Source: Deltaproteobacteria bacterium
GTDB taxonomy: Bacteria; Desulfobacterota; GWC2-55-46; UBA9637
Assembly (NCBI GenBank): GCA_016214995.1
Contig: JACRML010000009.1
Coordinates: 15,155 to 79,154 of the forward strand
Reading direction: 5' to 3'
DNA length: 64,000 nucleotides
Position numbers and translations under genes: made by a program. Shown one piece after another: positions 58,070-64,000 of this stretch. Numbering within the stretch: the stretch's first letter is position 1; each line of letters begins with the position of its first letter. The notes below the pieces were generated by a model. It worked only from the letters and a program-made list of their open reading frames with translations, was not told the origin of the DNA and searched no databases.

Positions 58070-58998
58070 CGGTGCTTCAAAGATTTATAGTGCAATGTTT
58101 AAAGGTTTTATGCTGGTTTATCGGCCACATACCTCTGGGATTTGCCCTATGGTCTGGCAGAGTTCTGGGGAGGCTTGGTTTTTATCTGGATAAAAAACAC
58201 AGCATGATTACAATCAATAACCTTGCCGCTTCCTTTAAAGATGAGAAAACATCCAACCATATAAATAGCATAGCAAAAAAAGTTTTTGAAAATCTTGGTA
58301 TGAACCTTATGGAGTTTTTCAGGCTTCCCTGGCTTAAAAAAGAAGATTTGACAGGATATGTTGAGACAGAAGGATTTGGAAATTTTGAGAGGGCATGCAA
58401 TAAAGGAAAGGGAGTTATATTTCTTACAGGCCATTTTGGAAACTGGGAGTTAATGGCCATGTTCTATGCATTAAAAGGTTATCCGGTGGATATAGTGGTA
58501 AGAGATTTAGACAGCCCTATTGTAGATGAATTTGTGAGATGGGTAAGGGCAATGGCCGGAAACAGGATAATTTCAAAAGGACGTTCCATGAGAGAACTGA
58601 TTAGAACATTGTCAAGAGGAGGCATTGCAGGGGTTTTGCTGGATCAGAATGTTACATGGAGCGAAGGTGTGTTTGTATATTTTTTTGACAGGCTTGCCTG
58701 CACCAACAAGGGGACTGCCCTCTTGGCTGCGGCAAGCGGTGCGGCGGTTGTTCCGACCTTTATTGTGAGGCATGAGAATAGACACAAGGTTATTATAGGG
58801 GAAGAAATTGTAATTAAAACCACGGCAAATAGGGCAGCAGACCAGTTGGAGAATACGGCATTATTTACAAAGGTTATAGAAGATTTTATCAGGCAATATC
58901 CTGACCAATGGTTCTGGCTGCATCAGAGATGGAAGAGTAGGCCTGAAAATGACCCAAACAAGGGCACAGAAAAGGCGGCAATGATACAATCAAAATAA
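58066..58998 (+). CDS. lipid A biosynthesis acyltransferase (LpxL/HtrB-family lysophospholipid acyltransferase)
   Basis: LTGHFGNWEL (H-x4-E/D acyltransferase motif); ~310 aa; located after lpxK. Confidence 0.7.
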   Translation: MTVLQRFIVQCLKVLCWFIGHIPLGFALWSGRVLGRLGFYLDKKHSMITINNLAASFKDEKTSNHINSIAKKVFENLGMNLMEFFRLPWLKKEDLTGYVETEGFGNFERACNKGKGVIFLTGHFGNWELMAMFYALKGYPVDIVVRDLDSPIVDEFVRWVRAMAGNRIISKGRSMRELIRTLSRGGIAGVLLDQNVTWSEGVFVYFFDRLACTNKGTALLAAASGAAVVPTFIVRHENRHKVIIGEEIVIKTTANRAADQLENTALFTKVIEDFIRQYPDQWFWLHQRWKSRPENDPNKGTEKAAMIQSK

Positions 58999-59148
58999 CA
59001 GCAAGGGGTAGTAGGTTGAAGAAAGAGCTTACTGCTGCGGGTGCAAATGAGTGATGCAAATGAGTTGCATAAATATCTTTATTTGCTATACTATAGAAAC
59101 ATTTATAATTTCCACAAAAATCAATGTCTATTTTTGGGAGAGGATACC

Positions 59149-59823
59149 TTGTTGCTATTTATAAAAATTACGACAACGTTTTTAATGTTTTTAATTGCTG
59201 TTCTGTTTGTAGAAGGTGTTTGTTTGCAGCAGGCAATTGCTGATATTTACACCTATACAGATGAAAAAGGTGTTATGCATTTTTCCAATGTCCCTACCTC
59301 TCCCAAATACCGCCTGAAATGGAGAGAGATTCATTTTGATTACAAAAGGTTGTCATCGGGTATGTACGATGGGCTTATAACCGAAGTATGCATGAAGCAT
59401 GACCTCGACCCGTTACTGGTAAAGGCCGTTATAAAGGCAGAATCAGATTTTGATCCAACGGCTGTATCTGCAAAGGGGGCAAAAGGTTTAATGCAGCTTA
59501 TGCCGACAACTGCCGGCGATATGGGGATTAATGATATATACGACCCGGAGAATAATATAGAGGGCGGTGTAAAATATCTTAAACGTCTTATGGGAATATT
59601 CAAATCTGATTTAAGATTGGTAGTTGCCGCCTATAATGCAGGTGAAAATACGGTTATAAAATATAAAAACATTCCGCCATTTAAAGAGACCCGGGAATAT
59701 GTTGAAAAGGTATTTAAACATCTCAATAGTTATGAGCGGATGAGCCGCGGTAGAAGGTTTTCTCCTCAGAAAGCAAACTCTTCTGATACGACAATAACTG
59801 CTGAATCAACGAATCCTTACTGA
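59149..59823 (+). CDS. lytic transglycosylase (SLT domain) with DUF4124-like N-terminus; likely TTG/ATG start ~59149-59185 (ORF opens at 59041 but covers a repeat fragment)
   Basis: AESDFDPTAVSAKGAKGLMQLMPTTA (SLT E-S motif region); signal peptide LLLFIKITTTFLMFLIAVLF. Confidence 0.7.
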   Translation: MLLFIKITTTFLMFLIAVLFVEGVCLQQAIADIYTYTDEKGVMHFSNVPTSPKYRLKWREIHFDYKRLSSGMYDGLITEVCMKHDLDPLLVKAVIKAESDFDPTAVSAKGAKGLMQLMPTTAGDMGINDIYDPENNIEGGVKYLKRLMGIFKSDLRLVVAAYNAGENTVIKYKNIPPFKETREYVEKVFKHLNSYERMSRGRRFSPQKANSSDTTITAESTNPY

Positions 59824-59843
59824 CCGAATGAAGGGAAGCAATC

Positions 59844-60446
59844 TTGAGCTTGCCAAAAAGTGAGCTTTTAAAATCTGTCCAGAAATACAAGACATGGAAT
59901 ATCCCGAATATGATTTCTATATTTAGGATACTTACAGCCCCTGTCCTTATAGTGATTCTCTCATCTCCTGATACTGATGAAAAAAACAGCATCATTGCAG
60001 CCATTGTGTTTGCCGTTGCCGCTCTGACTGATTGGTTAGATGGCTATCTTGCAAGAAAGATGGGGGTAGAAACTACCTTCGGCAAGTTTTTAGACCCACT
60101 GGCGGATAAGCTTCTGATTGTTTCATGTCTTGTTATGCTTATACCACTTGGAAGGGCCCCTGCATGGATGGTAGCTCTTATTATAGGAAGAGAGATAGCA
60201 GTTACCGGATTAAGGGGCATAGCATCAGTTGAAGGGGTTATAATCGCCGCTGGCAGGCTTGGGAAATACAAGACAATATTTCAGATAGCATCTGTTACAA
60301 CGCTTTTAGTGCACTACAAATTTTTAGAAATAGATTTTCAAACCTTAGGAATGGTTTTTCTCTGGGTTGCCCTTATTTTTACCATTTGGTCCGGTGTGGA
60401 TTACTTTGTAAAATTTTTACGAAAGGCAATGATAGGAGAGCCATAG
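59844..60446 (+). CDS. pgsA: CDP-diacylglycerol--glycerol-3-phosphate 3-phosphatidyltransferase
   Basis: DWLDGYLARKMGVETTFGKFLDPLADK CDP-alcohol phosphatidyltransferase signature. Confidence 0.85.
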   Translation: MSLPKSELLKSVQKYKTWNIPNMISIFRILTAPVLIVILSSPDTDEKNSIIAAIVFAVAALTDWLDGYLARKMGVETTFGKFLDPLADKLLIVSCLVMLIPLGRAPAWMVALIIGREIAVTGLRGIASVEGVIIAAGRLGKYKTIFQIASVTTLLVHYKFLEIDFQTLGMVFLWVALIFTIWSGVDYFVKFLRKAMIGEP

Positions 60447-60526
60447 TGCAAAATTTTCTAGTCTGATGTATTGAAGCTTTAACCCAAAAAATGCAGTTGA
60501 ATTTTTTGACCCTTTGATGCTGGATT

Positions 60527-62266
60527 CTATCGCAGTCTGATACCGGTTTCCAATTCTATATTTTCCTTTCCATATCTTATCGTTAAATGTCCTTTTTCAT
60601 TAACGCAAAATGTTATATAAACATCTTCATTTACAGGTTCTTTGAATGACAAGGTTACAATGTTAAAGCCCTTTAATTCTATATCTTTAGTCTGTTTTAT
60701 TTCTTGTTTTATAAATTCTACACCTGATTCCATTACCCATCTTCTCGTAACCATACTTTCAGGGACTTCAAATAATTCCAGATATATTTCATTTTGTATG
60801 CCTAATGTCCTTGCAGGTGCGAGCTTGAAGGTTTTTTCTAACGGTAAAGATTCGCCGCTTTCAAATATAAGTTTATAAGAATGTGGGACATCCTTATTTT
60901 TTGTTGTGTAACGGACGGCATATGCCATTCCTATATGTCTATCTATGATGACATTCCTTGTACCGTATAGTGCTGCTCCTCGTACAACAGCAGACAGAGG
61001 GCTGTGGTCATAGACAGCATTTTGTTCACGAAGTTTAGGGAAGATGTGGTCTATTTTTTCTTTGAATGAAGGTATCTGAGAGGAACCTCCTGTCAATAGA
61101 ACGGTTTCTATCATATCCTTTCTTATGCCTATCTTTTCTGCCTTCCGTATAGTATACGATATTGCACGGTCGATAATCTTATAAAAATCATGTTTGGCCA
61201 GTATATCCTCAAGGTCATCTCTTGATACCTTACATACCTCGAGCCCATTCCATTCAAACGGTGCTATCTTATATTCCGAGAGCGCTATCTTTATCTCTTC
61301 TGCTTTAAGTATGAGTTTGTCATAGAGGGTAGATTCTTTATCGGATATCCCTATCTTTTTTGATAGATACTCTGCAAGCCAGATATCTATGTCATGGCCG
61401 CCAAGCGTCTTTGCTCTGTCAGGTTTAGCTATTACATGAATTTCGTCGATATTTAATCTCAGTATCATTGTATTGTGGGTGCAGCCTCCGAAATCTATAA
61501 GCACGACAATCTTATCCCTTTCTTCAGCTACCTGATAACCAATGGCTGCTGCAAGCGGCTCTTCGATAAATTCTATCTTTACGCCTTTAAAAATATTTTC
61601 CGCAATCTCTTTCATTGTTTTTCTGTAGTTTTGAAAACCAACCGGCACTGTAAGATAGAGCATATCTGCTATACTGCTTGAGAAAAATAAAAACCGTCCA
61701 GCAGTAATTGCCTTTTTAAGATGCCGATAAAGCATACGGATATAACTCTCCATATACTCCTTGCTCTTTGGATTGCCGTCCATCAGCATCTTTTTTATAT
61801 CGGTTATAGGAGATTTTCCCATGGCCTCCATGCCGATAGAATTTGCATTAGCACTTAAGAGAGTTGGTATACTATATGTATCACCAAAACGTTTTGATAT
61901 GGAGTCTAATAAGATGAAATCAGGCTGTGCTGTTTGGCTTCGCCTCATAATAACCGTATTGGTTGCTCCGAGGTCTATAGCAATGCAATCTTTTGGCGTA
62001 ATCTTTTCATTAATTGATGGATAGTGGCCGTAAGAAACAGGGTGGTGTTCGCTTACAAATGCAGGCCGTTCTATCTCTTTTCCGTGATATGCGGTGCGGA
62101 GGCCTTCCATGTGGCCGACTATCTTCCTGGCAGCCAGCCTTAATTCTAATGGTTGAATCCAGATATGGGTGTAAGGCTGGAGGGTTTCTACCAGCCGTAT
62201 ATCATTTAACTGCAATCCTGATCGTTCTATTTCTTTAGCAAGAGCCATGGCAGTCAAACCTGCCAA
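60527..62266 (-). CDS. non-canonical Hsp70-like (actin/ASKHA-fold) ATPase with ~100-aa N-terminal extension
   Basis: Phosphate-1 IAIDLGATNT, phosphate-2 VLIDFGGCTHNT, adenosine motif VLLTGGSSQIP (Hsp70 pattern); 579 aa; no canonical DnaK substrate-binding/lid. Confidence 0.6.
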   Translation of the reverse strand: MAGLTAMALAKEIERSGLQLNDIRLVETLQPYTHIWIQPLELRLAARKIVGHMEGLRTAYHGKEIERPAFVSEHHPVSYGHYPSINEKITPKDCIAIDLGATNTVIMRRSQTAQPDFILLDSISKRFGDTYSIPTLLSANANSIGMEAMGKSPITDIKKMLMDGNPKSKEYMESYIRMLYRHLKKAITAGRFLFFSSSIADMLYLTVPVGFQNYRKTMKEIAENIFKGVKIEFIEEPLAAAIGYQVAEERDKIVVLIDFGGCTHNTMILRLNIDEIHVIAKPDRAKTLGGHDIDIWLAEYLSKKIGISDKESTLYDKLILKAEEIKIALSEYKIAPFEWNGLEVCKVSRDDLEDILAKHDFYKIIDRAISYTIRKAEKIGIRKDMIETVLLTGGSSQIPSFKEKIDHIFPKLREQNAVYDHSPLSAVVRGAALYGTRNVIIDRHIGMAYAVRYTTKNKDVPHSYKLIFESGESLPLEKTFKLAPARTLGIQNEIYLELFEVPESMVTRRWVMESGVEFIKQEIKQTKDIELKGFNIVTLSFKEPVNEDVYITFCVNEKGHLTIRYGKENIELETGIRLR

Positions 62267-63125
62267 TTATTTCAATATATTCAAATCTCTTTTTGACGGT
62301 GTAAAACTCCAGGGCCTGTTTTATTATCTGTTGGAGCAAAGGAAAGAATTCCGCCGTTTTTGGAATCTCCTGCAAAATATCAATTAATGCATGCTCTCTT
62401 GCAAACTGGTCATGTATGATGCTTGCTGCCTTGAAGGCCTCTGCCATTGCCTGCTTATATAAAGACAGATATTCTTCTGTTTTAGGGAGCTCTTTGGCTA
62501 TATAGAGAAGCGCATATTCCCTATAGTATGGTTCCTTTATGACACCTACGGCATCTATGGCCAGTTGAATTGCCTCTTTATAAAGATTTATAAATTCGCC
62601 TGTTTTGGGAAGCTCGCTGGCAATGCCAAGAAGTGTATATCTTCTATAAAAAGCGATATCACTTGACTTTGGAAGCTCCCATGCAATCTGATCCAGCGAG
62701 GCCTTTTTGCGATGAGGTGTCTCCGCAAGGTCAAGAAGCAGCCTCATTGCATAGATGCGCAGTTTTGTAAATTCTTCTGTTTGAGGAAGCTCCTTTGAAA
62801 TACGGAGAAGTTTGGTTTTTCTGTTTATCGGCTCTGTAATACCGTCTGCTGCCTCAATGGCCGATTCCGCTGCTTTTGAATATAAGGGCAGAAAATCCTT
62901 TACTGCCGGAATTTCTTTTAAGAAATCAAAAAGGACGTTTCTCTTCTCTTCAGGGTTCTCTAGTTTATTTATGACATCAAAGGTAAGCTGAAATAGAGGA
63001 ATAGCCTCAGACGTTTTTGGCAATTCTTTAATAACACGAAAAAGAATATCCATTTTCTCTTTAGAGTCTGAAGAATTGTGTAGGGCGTCTATTGTGTGTT
63101 TTATATGATTTTCCAGTTCTAGCAT
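62235..63125 (-). CDS. alpha-helical repeat protein with ~7 copies of a ~37-aa 'L..I.KELPKT.EF..LYK.A...A' repeat; translationally overlaps the Hsp70-like gene
   Basis: Repeats ISKELPQTEEF, IASELPKTGEF, IAKELPKTEEY, LQEIPKTAEF, etc.; 32-nt overlap with the downstream gene. Confidence 0.5.
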   Translation of the reverse strand: MLELENHIKHTIDALHNSSDSKEKMDILFRVIKELPKTSEAIPLFQLTFDVINKLENPEEKRNVLFDFLKEIPAVKDFLPLYSKAAESAIEAADGITEPINRKTKLLRISKELPQTEEFTKLRIYAMRLLLDLAETPHRKKASLDQIAWELPKSSDIAFYRRYTLLGIASELPKTGEFINLYKEAIQLAIDAVGVIKEPYYREYALLYIAKELPKTEEYLSLYKQAMAEAFKAASIIHDQFAREHALIDILQEIPKTAEFFPLLQQIIKQALEFYTVKKRFEYIEIIGRFDCHGSC

Positions 63126-63159
63126 CTTTCATTCATCCTAAACTCTAAGAGCTTGTTGA

Positions 63160-63230
63160 AAAACTTAACAATCTCTGTGTAATCATTTTTTATAATCTGT
63201 GTAATCAAGGCTGTTGATGACTTTTTCAGC
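63160..63230 (-). promoter_or_regulatory. second copy (reverse complement) of the TGTGTAATC-rich element, 35-100 nt upstream of the helical-repeat/Hsp70-like operon
   Basis: aacaatctctgtgtaatcattttttataatctgtgtaatcaaggctgttgatgactttttcagcagc; ~92% identical to the reverse complement of 54229-54300. Confidence 0.6.
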
Positions 63231-63801
63231 AGCCTGCTAATTTACTGAAACCTGTTTTGGTAATAACACCGTCCTTTCCAATGATAACCTCTACCTTTCC
63301 CGGCATACAAAAATCTATCTTACTGTAACGGCTGCTAAGGAAGTAAAATCTTTGGTTTGTTGAACCCCTTGCCAGAAGCGTAGTTTCTTTTTTTGATGCT
63401 ACATATCTGCCGTCTATCAGGACATCAATAAATCCGAGGCATAATCGGCACTCTGGTTTTTTTTCCAACTCTTTATAGGTAAACCCTGTATATACAACCG
63501 TGGAAAGCCCGTAGGTCTTTCTCGCTATTTTTAAAAGCTCATACAGACCATACGGCTGCATGAACGGTTCACCGCCACTTATTGTTATACCTTCTATACC
63601 ATTTAAAGGATATTTCTTTAATAGCTCGTCAGGCGAGTAAGGGTTGATTGTTTGAAATGAGTGAGTATCAGGATTAAAGCAGCCATGGCAATTTTTGTCG
63701 CAGCCCTGGAAAAAGAGCACCATTCTATTCCCTGGCCCGTTTACCTTTGAGATTGGTATTATAGAGTGTATGTTTATGTTGATGGGTATCGCATTAGGCA
63801 T
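63226..63801 (-). CDS. glycyl-radical-enzyme activating radical SAM protein, NrdG-like (anaerobic RNR activase; QueE-like not excluded)
   Basis: FFQGCDKNCHGCFNPDT (CxxxCxxC in the NrdG/PflA-type context); 191 aa. Confidence 0.5.
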   Translation of the reverse strand: MPNAIPININIHSIIPISKVNGPGNRMVLFFQGCDKNCHGCFNPDTHSFQTINPYSPDELLKKYPLNGIEGITISGGEPFMQPYGLYELLKIARKTYGLSTVVYTGFTYKELEKKPECRLCLGFIDVLIDGRYVASKKETTLLARGSTNQRFYFLSSRYSKIDFCMPGKVEVIIGKDGVITKTGFSKLAGC

Positions 63802-63817
63802 CTTAAAATTAGTGTGG

Positions 63818-64000
63818 CTATCTCTCTGTGTCTACCTTAACCCGCACCTCTCTATCAAGTTCGCCTTTTTCAGTGAAGCTTTCCATTTTACCGAGCACCT
63901 TTGTTAAATGCTCTGCCACCTCCTTACAGTCTTTAAATACGCTTGAGTCTATCTCTATTTTGCCATCAGGAGTTATTCTTATTCTTATCTCTTTATCCAC
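63818..64000 (-). CDS. hypothetical protein, probably 5'-truncated by the window edge
   Basis: Open frame running to the window end; no recognisable motif. Confidence 0.25.
   Translation of the reverse strand: MDKEIRIRITPDGKIEIDSSVFKDCKEVAEHLTKVLGKMESFTEKGELDREVRVKVDTER

Noticed and set aside
59041-59148. ORF start of the SLT transglycosylase at 59041
   Set aside because: The first ~35 codons span a fragment of the 300-bp repeat family (ccacaaaaatcaatgtctatttttggg). A downstream TTG/ATG with a GGAGAGG RBS gives a proper signal peptide and was preferred.
54229-63230. Interpretation of the 9-kb inverted-repeat pair as ends of a composite transposon or genomic island
   Set aside because: The enclosed genes (recG, lpxK, lpxL-like, SLT, pgsA) are core housekeeping genes with host-like composition. 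No transposase or integrase lies inside. Both copies sit in upstream regions with the same gene-relative orientation, which favours a shared regulatory element. Site-specific inversion cannot be excluded.
1-64000. CRISPR array, rRNA and tRNA genes
   Set aside because: No regularly spaced direct repeats with unique spacers were found. The repeats present are tandem heptamers or dispersed 300-bp elements. No rRNA-like conserved stretches and no tRNA T-arm/anticodon-arm candidates were found by eye. A tRNAscan/Infernal run would be needed to be certain.

Overview
The window is 64 kb of a bacterial chromosome, about 42% GC, tightly packed with genes. It appears Gram-negative-like (LpxK/LpxL, an Omp85-like barrel) and carries a sigma-54/NtrC-type regulator. 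There are three main parts. (1) Positions 1 to about 21.3 kb are a large specialised FAS-II/type-II-PKS-like lipid biosynthetic cluster. It holds two catalytic KS genes, a Cys-less CLF-like KS, a truncated KS-like protein, a PaaK-like CoA ligase, two radical-SAM enzymes (one B12-binding, one SPASM), two methyltransferases, FabG, ACP, FabZ-like, AcpS, a GT2, a CrtI-like FAD oxidoreductase and an MMPL exporter. The gene content resembles the 'ladderane-candidate' clusters of anammox bacteria (also seen in some deltaproteobacteria) and aryl-polyene-type clusters. (2) A regulatory and accessory middle region contains AsrAB/HydBG-like Fe-S/FAD oxidoreductases, GAF-GGDEF, pabBC, an HK/NtrC pair driving small secreted lysine-rich 'NPC-repeat' proteins, ALDH, ppiB, three AT-rich hypothetical genes, ridA, rpmB, xerD, LysR, a transglutaminase, a ZIP transporter, and HNH and DUF559 nucleases. 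(3) A housekeeping block holds purB, purC, carA, a split carB (two ORFs), recG, lpxK, lpxL-like, an SLT transglycosylase, pgsA, a non-canonical Hsp70-like ATPase with a helical-repeat partner, and a NrdG-like activase. Between carA and carB sits an inserted island with a ParDE-like TA pair and a PD-(D/E)xK nuclease. Two sequence-level oddities run through the whole window. One is a family of ~300-bp highly structured repeats (three full copies plus fragments). The other is pervasive 7-nt tandem repeats, seen both as inverted hairpin pairs between genes and as in-frame insertions inside conserved genes (carA, carB, recG, KS-like, CoA ligase, Omp85-like). A ~60-bp element full of TGTGTAATC motifs is shared, in the same gene-relative orientation, by the recG upstream region and the Hsp70-like operon upstream region 9 kb away. 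No CRISPR array, rRNA or tRNA was found by eye. All calls come from manual reading of the ORF translations and the raw sequence; no database searches were possible.
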